A stretch of DNA of 64,000 nt. It comes from Phycisphaerae bacterium. Lineage in GTDB: Bacteria; Planctomycetota; Phycisphaerae; Sedimentisphaerales; UBA12454. A program made the translations under genes and the position numbers. The first letter of the stretch is position 1. The number at the start of each line of letters is the position of its first letter. Where the stretch lies: NCBI GenBank assembly GCA_026386845.1, contig JAPLMW010000063.1, positions 4,315 through 68,314 on the forward strand. The letters run 5' to 3'. Under the pieces are notes generated by a model, which was not told where the DNA came from, did not search any database, and worked only from the letters and a program-made list of their open reading frames with translations. Below are positions 16,586 to 25,085 of this stretch, piece by piece.

Positions 16586-16616
16586 CCCCCAGTAAAACTG
16601 GGGGCTAAATATTTTT
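16586..16616. terminator. stem-loop terminator between the convergent RT and tig genes
   Basis: cccccag-taaaa-ctggggg, with a T6 run on the minus-strand side (tig) and a weaker T5 run on the plus side. Confidence 0.6.
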
Positions 16617-16718
16617 GAATGACGGACCCCGCACCTATTTTTTATAACGGCAAATGTGAAAACTAGCGTTTATTTTTTCCCTGTAGCAGTACCAAAGCAG
16701 CAGCACTCGGGAATGACA

Positions 16719-18272
16719 TTACTTTTTCTTCGGTGAAGGTTTTTTAACGGTTTTTGTTTCCTTCTTTTCTTTGGTTTTTTCTTCTTTCTTTGGGGTCTTT
16801 TCTTCTTTCTTTTCTTTTTGTTTTTCAGCCTTTTTTTCGGTCTTCTCTTCTTTTTTATGCGCAACCTTCTTTACAGGTTTGGCTTCTGCTTTGGCGTGCT
16901 TTTCCGCAATCTTCTTCGGTTCTACTTCTGTAATCTTCGCTGATTCGAGAATTTTGTCAATGCACTTAATTTCCCGTATCTCAATCGCCGCCTGCGCAAG
17001 CGAACCATCGCGCGACATCTGCTCCCGCAGCTTTTCCGGCCGAACCTGCCTGTACATCGCCACCTGCGCGATATAGCCGTTGATTTCCTCTTCGGTAGTC
17101 TGGATATCAAGCTTCTTCGCAATGGCATCCATCACAAAAAAGGTTTTAAGCTGCTCATTTGCCTGCTCGTCGCTTGCAGATTTTAACTGCTCCATCTGCT
17201 TTTGAATTTCTTCTGTTTTGACGCCCTGCATAAGAAGCCTTGTATATTGCCGCTGAAGGAGCTGCTGCGACTGGTCGGCAACGATGTTTGCCGGCAGGTC
17301 GAAATTGACTTTTTCGAGCAGATAGTTTCTAACCGACTGACGCATCGCATCTTTCTGGTGTCTTTCAACGTCCGCTTCGCTCCGCTGGCGTATCATTTTG
17401 ACGAGTTCCTCTTTATTGGCTGCGCCGAATCTCTTGAAGAAATTCTCGTCGAGCTGCGCAGGCTGGAGCTCCTTTACATCGTTGATTTTAATTTCGACGT
17501 CAACTTTTTTGCCGCGATATTTTTCGTCAAAAAATGTGGTCTGCACTTCGACCGCAGTTGTTTTTACATCGCCTGCTTTTGCGCCAACCAGAAGCTCATC
17601 GAGCTTGTCAACCGGCACTTTGCCGACAAGGCCGCGATGATGGGCGTAAATTTCGGTATTTTCGATTTTTTCCTTTTCGCCGCCTTCGGGTTTCAAAACG
17701 ACATCAGCAATAACCTGGTCGTCTGCGGCGATTTTGCCGTCCTTTGGCTTCCATGTTCCCACTCTTTTCTGAAGTTCGGCTATTTCCTGCTCGACGGCAT
17801 CATCGGTAACTTCAAGCTTTGGCTTTTCAACAGGAATGCCTTCGAGGGCCGGCAATTCAAATTCCGGGCGGACTTCAACTTCAAACTCAAATTTCAGCGA
17901 GCCTTGTGCCGGCAGTTCGATTTTTTCGTGGTCGATATCCGGGTCGCCCAGGACATTAAGACCGCTATCCTTTATCGCAGTTTCGCTGGCACTGGAAAGC
18001 AATTTGAGTTTTGTCTGCTCGCCGATTTCTTTTCCGAACCGTTTTTCGAGCAGCCTCCGGGGGGCCCTGCCTTTGCGAAAACCGGGAACAATAGCGTCCC
18101 TGCCAAGGTCTTTGTACTGCTCATCGAAGACCTTAGTGATTTTTTCAGCTGGGACTTCTATGCTGATTTTCTTTTTGCAGGGTCCTGCATCGGTGATATT
18201 CACGATGTTTTTTATTTCATCTTTGGTTTCGGTTTGAGCCTCAGCAGTGTCCTTTTCCTTTGCCATTTGCAA
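16719..18272 (-). CDS. tig: trigger factor with a Lys/Glu-rich C-terminal tail
   Basis: 517-aa ORF. The N-terminal ribosome-binding region (GFRKGRAPRRLLEKRFG), the FKBP-like middle and the C-terminal domain are all recognisable. It has an extra K/E-rich tail of about 65 aa. Confidence 0.95.
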   Translation of the reverse strand: MQMAKEKDTAEAQTETKDEIKNIVNITDAGPCKKKISIEVPAEKITKVFDEQYKDLGRDAIVPGFRKGRAPRRLLEKRFGKEIGEQTKLKLLSSASETAIKDSGLNVLGDPDIDHEKIELPAQGSLKFEFEVEVRPEFELPALEGIPVEKPKLEVTDDAVEQEIAELQKRVGTWKPKDGKIAADDQVIADVVLKPEGGEKEKIENTEIYAHHRGLVGKVPVDKLDELLVGAKAGDVKTTAVEVQTTFFDEKYRGKKVDVEIKINDVKELQPAQLDENFFKRFGAANKEELVKMIRQRSEADVERHQKDAMRQSVRNYLLEKVNFDLPANIVADQSQQLLQRQYTRLLMQGVKTEEIQKQMEQLKSASDEQANEQLKTFFVMDAIAKKLDIQTTEEEINGYIAQVAMYRQVRPEKLREQMSRDGSLAQAAIEIREIKCIDKILESAKITEVEPKKIAEKHAKAEAKPVKKVAHKKEEKTEKKAEKQKEKKEEKTPKKEEKTKEKKETKTVKKPSPKKK

Positions 18273-18571
18273 CTCCTAAGATTCTTAATATTCTTTGAAC
18301 CCCTCGGCATCCTTCGTTGCGCTCAGGATTAAGGCCGAGGGGCTAATTACTAAATATAAAATAAAAAAGCTTCAGGTCCAATATGTCCCGAAGCCTATTA
18401 AAGCTTTTCTGACATATCAGCGACCACCGCCTGGCTAACAAATTAGCCGATACCTCACTGATAATTTTTTAGTCGTTAGTTGATAGTCGCTAGTGAAAAG
18501 TTTACACCAAGCTGTTTTCGGCAACAATGAATAAACTACTCACTATTCACTAAAAACTATACTCTAACTAA

Positions 18572-18643
18572 AGCGGGTGATGAGGCTCGAACTCACGACA
18601 TTCACGTTGGCAACGTGACGCTCTACCACTGAGCTACACCCGC
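18572..18643 (-). tRNA. tRNA-Gly (anticodon GCC)
   Basis: The hand-folded cloverleaf is GCGGGTG/TA/GCTC-AGTGGTA-GAGC/G/TCACG-TTGCCAA-CGTGA/ATGTC/GTGAG-TTCGAGC-CTCAT/CACCCGC-T. CCA is not encoded. Confidence 0.9.
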
Positions 18644-19317
18644 GATTTTAAGGTAAATAGCAGTATATACAAGTTTTTAAGTGCTTTCAAGAGGTTTTTC
18701 TCTGGTTTTTGGGGAACAAGGGGGCCGAAGATGTCGCGGTTAAGGACAGCAAATTGGCCGCACAAAGCCTTGGCGGCGTTGTCGTAAGCAATGGCGGCTT
18801 CAATCTCCGTATCAAATGAACCAAGATTTATCTCTTTGCCGTTATGCCTTATGCGCGCATACCATTTGCCGGTGCGTTTATCGAGCCTGACGCCTTTATA
18901 TTTCGAAGCGCCGTTGTAAAAGCCCCTTTCGCTGTTCCAGCAATTCTGCATATTGTTAACAATCCGCAGATTCGTCCTGCGATTGTCGAGGCCGTTGCGG
19001 TTAATGTGGTCAACGATAGCGCCTTGAGGAGCATTCATAATACGCCTGTGCATAAAGATATTTCTGCGGCCTTCGGTGCGGACCGCATAAAAGTTATTTT
19101 TGTTCTTATTCTCGAAAAGATACCATTTATCCTTGTTCAATTTTTCGAAATCCTCAACATCGACAATGGCGTATTTGCCCTGCGTGAGCCTGATACGCCT
19201 GAATTCATAGCCATAGCGGATTTTTCGATAGCGCAGCAAAAGTGTTATGCAAAGGCGAATTAAAATAGCCGGCATATAATAAGGAACAGGCGGAATTTGA
19301 ATGTGAAGAATAGGCAT
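18634..19317 (-). CDS. HNH endonuclease / AP2-domain protein
   Basis: 227-aa ORF with an HNH_3-like IVDHINRNGLDNRRTNLR and an AP2-like YKGVRLDKRTGKWYARIRHNGKEINLGSFDTEIEAAIAYD. Paralog of 58418-59065. Its 3' end overlaps the tRNA by 10 nt. Confidence 0.75.
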   Translation of the reverse strand: MPILHIQIPPVPYYMPAILIRLCITLLLRYRKIRYGYEFRRIRLTQGKYAIVDVEDFEKLNKDKWYLFENKNKNNFYAVRTEGRRNIFMHRRIMNAPQGAIVDHINRNGLDNRRTNLRIVNNMQNCWNSERGFYNGASKYKGVRLDKRTGKWYARIRHNGKEINLGSFDTEIEAAIAYDNAAKALCGQFAVLNRDIFGPLVPQKPEKNLLKALKNLYILLFTLKSRV

Positions 19318-19594
19318 AGGGACTCCAGGAAAAAGTGAAAAGTGAAAAACTAAAAGTGAAAAGTTTTAGAATCCCGATAAATCGGGATGTAAGTTTTAAA
19401 TTTTTAGTCAAGGAAGCTATATAAATCAAGATGTTTTTTGCGGCAAATATTAACTTTTTATCTAACGATATGGGTATTTTATCAAATTGCCTAACAAAAG
19501 TCAAGGAGAAAATGTGAATTAGCCACTAAGTCATTAAGTCGCTAAGTCATTAAGGAACAAAGGGTTATAATTATCAAAAAAGCGATTTGCTCAT

Positions 19595-20251
19595 TTATAT
19601 TAGAGGCTCTGGACCTTGCAGAACTTTGTGTTCGGTACCGGACAGGAGACGTTTTATATTGGCGCGGTGGAGAAATATCACGAGCGAACATAAAATTGCG
19701 GCGGCTAAAATTAACGGCCAAAGGACATTAAAATACCAATCCTTTAAAACCGCCGTCAAAGCAATCATTATGAATGGAAAAACTGCGGCGGCGATGACTG
19801 AGCCAAGCGAAATATACCGCCAGATGAGAACAATGGCCGACCATAAGACAAAAGCGATAAGGCCGGGGATTGTATAATAAGGCCAAATGCCGAGAACCAC
19901 GCCGAAACTTGTGGCGACACCTTTGCCGCCTTTGAATTTAAGATAAAACGGAAAGATATGGCCGAGGATAGCCGCGACACCTACGGCCAGCCAGATGGCA
20001 AGAGTCGCACTATCAGCAGTTCCTGAAACGATAAAAAATTTGGCAACGAAGCTCGGCACAAAGCCTTTAAGAACATCGAGCAAAAAGCAGAGATACGCCC
20101 ATTTTTTGCCGCAGGCACGGGATAGATTTGTCGCGCCGAGATTTCCTGAGCCGATTGCGCGAAGGTCTACGCCGTGAGCCTTTGCGATAATAAGAGCAAA
20201 AGAAATCGAGCCAATTAAGTATGAAATAAAAATTAATAACAGAAATTTCAC
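19595..20251 (-). CDS. plsY: glycerol-3-phosphate acyltransferase PlsY
   Basis: 218-aa membrane ORF with IGSGNLGATN and FKGGKGVAT motifs. Confidence 0.9.
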   Translation of the reverse strand: MKFLLLIFISYLIGSISFALIIAKAHGVDLRAIGSGNLGATNLSRACGKKWAYLCFLLDVLKGFVPSFVAKFFIVSGTADSATLAIWLAVGVAAILGHIFPFYLKFKGGKGVATSFGVVLGIWPYYTIPGLIAFVLWSAIVLIWRYISLGSVIAAAVFPFIMIALTAVLKDWYFNVLWPLILAAAILCSLVIFLHRANIKRLLSGTEHKVLQGPEPLI

Positions 20252-21426
20252 TTTTCAGCCTTTTTTTTGATTATCGCATCATATAAAGTGAGAAGTTTTC
20301 TGCAATGGTTTTCAATAGAAACCTTCGATTTAATATCGTCATCTTCGATTGCCTTTTTCGCGGCGGTGAGATTTTCGGTTGTGCAGTAAAATCGAATCGC
20401 CTCGGCAAGAGAACCGATATCATCGGGCGAATCGAAGACTTTGCCGTGCCTGTCTGCTGTGAATAAATCGACCGCGCCATTAAATTTTGTAGTTATGACA
20501 GGTTTACCCGCCGCGAGGGCTTCAAGAATAAATCTGCTCGAAGGGTCATAATAAGTCGGCAGAACGGCAACATCGGCAATGTCCAGTAAATCGTTTAAAT
20601 TGGTCGCGGGGCCGAAAAAGAGTATCCTGTTGTTTACATTCAGTCTTTTGGCAAGCCGGTGATATTTTCCGGTCTGTCCCCTGCCGACAATAATCAGAAA
20701 GGCAGGACGCTTTGTAAGCCTATTGTTCAAAACGGCAAATGCCTTTATCAGGCTTGCGAGACCCTTGAGCCTGAAATTGTGCGCGGCGAAAAGGAAAAAT
20801 ACAGGTTCATCGGCCTGTTTTATATTCAGTTTCGCGAGAATTTGAGCCTGCAATTTGTCGGCCTTGCTTATTTTCTCCAGCGACGGCAGATGGATGCCGT
20901 TGGGGCAAATATAAATTCTTTCGTCGGGCAGATTATAATGTTTTTTAAACTGCGATTTGACATATTCACTCAGCGCGGCAACGACGGGGCCGGTTTCAGA
21001 TTTGCAAAGTTTCCTTTCAGCCCGTGCGAGCAGTGTTCTTCTGAAATTAGCGAAAATTGTCAGGAGCTTGTAAATTCTTAAAATACCCGTTTTATAGCTT
21101 GCGGCATTGCGAGCCGCCGCTTCGGGGTAAGAGCCGCCCCTAGGCTGATAGACATCGGCAAAATCAAAGGGCAGTGTGCTGTGGATTATATCGTAATGGT
21201 TTTCCTTAAAGTGCTGCAATAGTGATTCTTTAAAGTCTTTCAAAGCGACGCGCCGATCAGAACCGCTGCACAGAACCTTAACCCTTTGCGACTGCGCAGC
21301 ACCCGTCGCGGCGAGGATTTTTACATCGACGCCGAGCAAGGCCATTTTTGCGGCAAGCTCAAAGACGCTTTTTTCCGCCCCGCCGAGGGTTATGCTGGCT
21401 CGTTCTGTAATTATCGCAAGTTTCAT
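20248..21426 (-). CDS. glycosyltransferase family 4 (LPS core-type)
   Basis: 392-aa ORF with a GT-B fold signature (GGAEKSV, the EALAAGKPVI E-x7-E region). Overlaps plsY by 4 nt. Confidence 0.8.
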   Translation of the reverse strand: MKLAIITERASITLGGAEKSVFELAAKMALLGVDVKILAATGAAQSQRVKVLCSGSDRRVALKDFKESLLQHFKENHYDIIHSTLPFDFADVYQPRGGSYPEAAARNAASYKTGILRIYKLLTIFANFRRTLLARAERKLCKSETGPVVAALSEYVKSQFKKHYNLPDERIYICPNGIHLPSLEKISKADKLQAQILAKLNIKQADEPVFFLFAAHNFRLKGLASLIKAFAVLNNRLTKRPAFLIIVGRGQTGKYHRLAKRLNVNNRILFFGPATNLNDLLDIADVAVLPTYYDPSSRFILEALAAGKPVITTKFNGAVDLFTADRHGKVFDSPDDIGSLAEAIRFYCTTENLTAAKKAIEDDDIKSKVSIENHCRKLLTLYDAIIKKKAEK

Positions 21427-21475
21427 AATTAGTTGATAGTCGCTAGTTTTTAGTCGCTAGTAATAGTCGATAGAA

Positions 21476-22300
21476 TCATTTCTCAAATGGCGGCGTTCTG
21501 CTATGTCTTTTATCGTGTTTTGCCATTCGCTGCGATTTTGATTTAATCTTCTTTATAACGATTTTATCTTTTTTTGAAAGTTTAGTTTTTCGCATATAGG
21601 CTAAAAAGAAACGCAGGCGGTCTGTTTTTGTAAAAATTTTGCCCGGCGCCGAATAATAAAGCTGGGCAAGGTCTTTTACAAGATACTTTTGAGAAAAAAC
21701 AATAGGTTTGAATACCCTGTTTAAGTCAATCAGCGTAAATTGACCCTGCGAATTGCAAAATATATGACAAAGATATAAATCACGATGGCGGAAGCCGGTG
21801 TCGTGAAATTTCCGAACAAAAGCAGCAAGACTTTCGATAAAGTTTTTTCTGTCGCGATAGAAACTATCCGGCAGTTTTTCCTCAAGGCTGGCGGAATCAG
21901 GAATTTTTTCGGTTATTATAAAGCTTCGCTTTTCAAATAATCCACCCCACTCCTGGCCGAAGGCAATTACCTCAGGTGTGTTTATGCCAAGCTTTCTTAA
22001 ATTTTCGGCAGGCTGAAGGTCGCAGGCCATTGTTGATATTATTTTTCCTCTGGTCAGCCAGTTTTTTAATTGCACCGACTTTGGGATATTCTGATACCGC
22101 TTTAAAAACAAAGTTGTTCGGGGATTGTCCGTATTGAACATAATTCTTTGGCGAAAAGACGCGAGATTGTCTTTGGTCAGGTTTTTTCCGCCGCTGAACG
22201 AAAAAATATCATCCATACTTTTAAGGCCAAGTTTGCCGAAGCAATCGACAAAATCGTTGCGGAGGTGGAAACCTGGAGCAATTTTTATAAATTCATCCAT
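21476..22300 (-). CDS. lipopolysaccharide kinase (Kdo/WaaP) family protein
   Basis: 274-aa ORF with the catalytic-loop context HDTGFRHRDLYLCHIF. Lies within the LPS core cluster. Confidence 0.7.
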   Translation of the reverse strand: MDEFIKIAPGFHLRNDFVDCFGKLGLKSMDDIFSFSGGKNLTKDNLASFRQRIMFNTDNPRTTLFLKRYQNIPKSVQLKNWLTRGKIISTMACDLQPAENLRKLGINTPEVIAFGQEWGGLFEKRSFIITEKIPDSASLEEKLPDSFYRDRKNFIESLAAFVRKFHDTGFRHRDLYLCHIFCNSQGQFTLIDLNRVFKPIVFSQKYLVKDLAQLYYSAPGKIFTKTDRLRFFLAYMRKTKLSKKDKIVIKKIKSKSQRMAKHDKRHSRTPPFEK

Positions 22301-22303
22301 AAA

Positions 22304-23347
22304 TTATCCGGCAAGAACTTTCTGGGCGGCTTTACAAACAGCGTCAACAGTTATTGATTCCATACAGTAAAGCCTGTCTTTTTTGCAGACAGGCCTATCG
22401 CACGGAGCACAAGGCACATTAGCGATAATTTTCATTTCACCGGGATAACCATTTCCAGTTCGGAGAGGATTATTAGGTCCAAAAAGGGTTATAACTTTGC
22501 GATTAAGCGCGATTGCAATATGCCGCGGGCCTGTATCGTTGGTAATTACAAGATTTGCAAAAGAAAAAAGAGCCTTTAGCTGACCCAATGTTAGCGGATT
22601 TTCAGCAAGATTAACAATCGGGCGTTTTGCCCGCGCATAGATTCTTGCTGCGATCTGCTTTTCCATCTCATCAGGGCTTACAGAGATAAAAACATTGGCT
22701 GAAAATTTCTCGGTCAGAAAATCGGCGACTCTCGCAAACCTGTCCTGCGGCCAGATTTTGCTTGCTCCAAACGTACCGCCGGGCACAAGAATAACAACAG
22801 GTTTTTTGCCGTTCAAACATACGCCGAATTTTTCAAGAACTGCTTTCCGGTCGCTTTCGTCAATTTCAAGCTGAGTCTTTTTGCCGGTTATATCACAGCC
22901 AAGCTGTGAAGCGATGGCAAGATAATAGTCAACAGCAGGAAGCGGTTTATATTTAAACAGTGAATTTTTAGCAGGATAAAGTTTCACAGTCAGGAAAATA
23001 CCCCGACCATCCCTTGCGTAACCGATGCGATTTTTTATGCCGGCAAGAAATACCGCAACGGCCGAAGCGAAAGAATTTTTTAAAAGAATTACTGTATCTA
23101 AATTATATTTTTTCAGTTCGGCGGCGATAGCGAAAGGATTGCTTCTTTCGAGAACTATCCAGCCGTCAGTGAACCGGCAGGGTTTGAGAACTTCGACAAC
23201 AGTTTTGTTGGCACAAAAGAAAATTTTATCTTTTTCAAAGAATTTTCTGAAGGCGGCAAGAGCAGGCGTTGCCATTAAGCAATCGCCCATCGGCGAGGGC
23301 AGCCAGATTAATATATTTCGACAGTTCATAGTGTGATATTCCATCAC
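22304..23347 (-). CDS. ADP-heptose:LPS heptosyltransferase (GT9)
   Basis: 347-aa ORF with a GT9 signature (PSPMGDCLMATPAL, NDTGPRHIA). Confidence 0.85.
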   Translation of the reverse strand: MMEYHTMNCRNILIWLPSPMGDCLMATPALAAFRKFFEKDKIFFCANKTVVEVLKPCRFTDGWIVLERSNPFAIAAELKKYNLDTVILLKNSFASAVAVFLAGIKNRIGYARDGRGIFLTVKLYPAKNSLFKYKPLPAVDYYLAIASQLGCDITGKKTQLEIDESDRKAVLEKFGVCLNGKKPVVILVPGGTFGASKIWPQDRFARVADFLTEKFSANVFISVSPDEMEKQIAARIYARAKRPIVNLAENPLTLGQLKALFSFANLVITNDTGPRHIAIALNRKVITLFGPNNPLRTGNGYPGEMKIIANVPCAPCDRPVCKKDRLYCMESITVDAVCKAAQKVLAG

Positions 23348-24408
23348 TTGTCATTGTGCATTACATAAAGCGTCAGGGCTATGAGCTGAAAAATTATCGC
23401 GAAACCAAGAGCCGTAAATACGGCGCTGTCTTTGTCTATCGGCGACATTTTGTACCAAAGCGCTATGACAAGGCAGAATGGAACAACTATCTGCAGGATG
23501 CCAGCAATCAGCTTAAAAGATGAAAATTCGCTATACTGTTCCTGGCGATGACGGCTTTTGAGCAAAAGCTTAATCTCCTCAAGCAGCTGTTCGGTTCTTG
23601 GCCCCGGATTATCAGAAACGCCAGAAGCCGAAGGGACAGATTGCTTTATTTTTTGTTTTGTTATTTCAATCTCTTCGGTTTTTTGTTCCTGCCGGCGAGG
23701 CTGAACTTCGTTATTCTGTATTATTTGCGGCTGAGGTTCTACAGCGACAGGCTGCGGCGGCTCTATAACTGATTTTGCGGGTTCGACACTTCGACTAAGC
23801 TCAGTGCCGGCAAGTTCACTACGGGCAGGTTCGATATTCTGTTTTGGCATAATTTCCCTCTTTACTATATTGACGGTTTCCCTGAGATTTATCGCCTCGA
23901 AATCGGCATCAGGGTCATTAAGCTGTTTGACAGGCACATTGGTATGCGATTTTACAATAATGGTTTGACAGCCCGCGGCCTTTCCGGCAGTAATATCCCT
24001 GTAGTCATCGCCGATCATCCACGAAGCAGCTAAATCAATATCCATTTCCTTAGCGGCAGCAAACAGCATTCCGGGTTTTGGTTTTCGCCAGTCGCTGTCT
24101 TTGCGGAATTTCGGGATAACACCGTCGGGATGATAAGGACAATAATAAATCCTGTCAATGTAAGCGGTTTGCTCCGCCAGAAGCTGTTTGAGCCTTTCGT
24201 GAATCTGCGCCAGCGCCTGTTCAGTAATAATGCCGCGGGCAATGCCGGACTGATTTGTGACAATAATAATTTTATAGCCCATTTTCCGCAGGTCGGCAAG
24301 GGCGGCTGCCGCGCCGGGTATGAGCCTGACCTGCGCGGGATTATTAATATAACCCGGGTCTTCTATGATTGTCTTGTCCCTGTCAAGAAATACGGCTTTG
24401 GAACTCAT
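23344..24408 (-). CDS. gmhB: D-glycero-D-manno-heptose 1,7-bisphosphate phosphatase (HAD-IIIA) fused to a C-terminal membrane-anchored extension
   Basis: HAD motifs are present (AVFLDRDKTII, VTNQSGIARG, GDDYRDI). The ATG at 24408 has GGAG upstream. The C-terminal ~170 aa are a P/Q/E-rich linker plus two TM helices. Confidence 0.8.
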   Translation of the reverse strand: MSSKAVFLDRDKTIIEDPGYINNPAQVRLIPGAAAALADLRKMGYKIIIVTNQSGIARGIITEQALAQIHERLKQLLAEQTAYIDRIYYCPYHPDGVIPKFRKDSDWRKPKPGMLFAAAKEMDIDLAASWMIGDDYRDITAGKAAGCQTIIVKSHTNVPVKQLNDPDADFEAINLRETVNIVKREIMPKQNIEPARSELAGTELSRSVEPAKSVIEPPQPVAVEPQPQIIQNNEVQPRRQEQKTEEIEITKQKIKQSVPSASGVSDNPGPRTEQLLEEIKLLLKSRHRQEQYSEFSSFKLIAGILQIVVPFCLVIALWYKMSPIDKDSAVFTALGFAIIFQLIALTLYVMHNDK

Positions 24409-24409
24409 A

Positions 24410-25009
24410 TTATTTTCTCCGCGCAAAATGCGCCTCGACAAGACCGCAGATTATATGATAGGCAAGCTGGTGCATTTCCTGAACAGCAAAGGTTTTTTCG
24501 TTTTCGCAGCAGAGACACACATCCGCAATTTTTTCAAGCCGGCTGTTTTTTCTGCCTGTAAAGGCGATTATTTTTGCGCCGCGTTTCCTGGCGAGTCCAG
24601 AGGCCTTTATGACATTGGGGCTGCTGCCGCTGGTTGACAGCGCCCAGAGACAGTCGCCCTTCCTGACAAGCCCTTCGACCTGCCTTGCAAAGATATTTTC
24701 AAAGCCAAAATCGTTGGCTATAGAAGTCATAACGGAAGTATCTGTTGAAAGCGCGACGGCCGGCAGCGACTTTCTGTTCTTCAGAAATCTGCCGATAAGC
24801 TCTCCGGCAATATGCTGAGCATCGGCGGCAGAGCCGCCGTTGCCGCAAATATAGATTATCCCGCCTTTTTCAATGCAATTGATAATCACTTTTGCGGTTT
24901 TTTCGATTATTCTGACACTGTCAATCTCGAATTTGTCGAGCATTTTTCTATGCATCACGATTGTCTGGTTTATTTGCTTCTTCATCCCGTTAGAAATCAA
25001 TTTTTCCAT
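24410..25009 (-). CDS. gmhA: phosphoheptose isomerase (SIS domain)
   Basis: 199-aa ORF with GNGGSAADAQH and STSGSSPNV motifs. Confidence 0.9.
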   Translation of the reverse strand: MEKLISNGMKKQINQTIVMHRKMLDKFEIDSVRIIEKTAKVIINCIEKGGIIYICGNGGSAADAQHIAGELIGRFLKNRKSLPAVALSTDTSVMTSIANDFGFENIFARQVEGLVRKGDCLWALSTSGSSPNVIKASGLARKRGAKIIAFTGRKNSRLEKIADVCLCCENEKTFAVQEMHQLAYHIICGLVEAHFARRK

Positions 25010-25085
25010 AAGTTTTCACATTTCAATATTTTGAAACATTGTCCCGTTAAAAATCTTCTTTTCCATTTTGTATTTCTAACGGGAT

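Noticed and set aside
16670-16864. 64-aa extremely K/R-rich ORF on the minus strand
   Set aside because: It is an alternative frame of the Lys/Glu-rich tail of tig. It exists only because of the low-complexity AAG/GAA-rich DNA.
17202-18332. 376-aa + strand ORF opposite tig
   Set aside because: It is entirely antisense to a full-length, well-supported trigger factor gene. Its product is F/L-rich and low in complexity, typical of a shadow ORF. The same reasoning applies to 17398-17640, 17836-18237 and 16771-17076.
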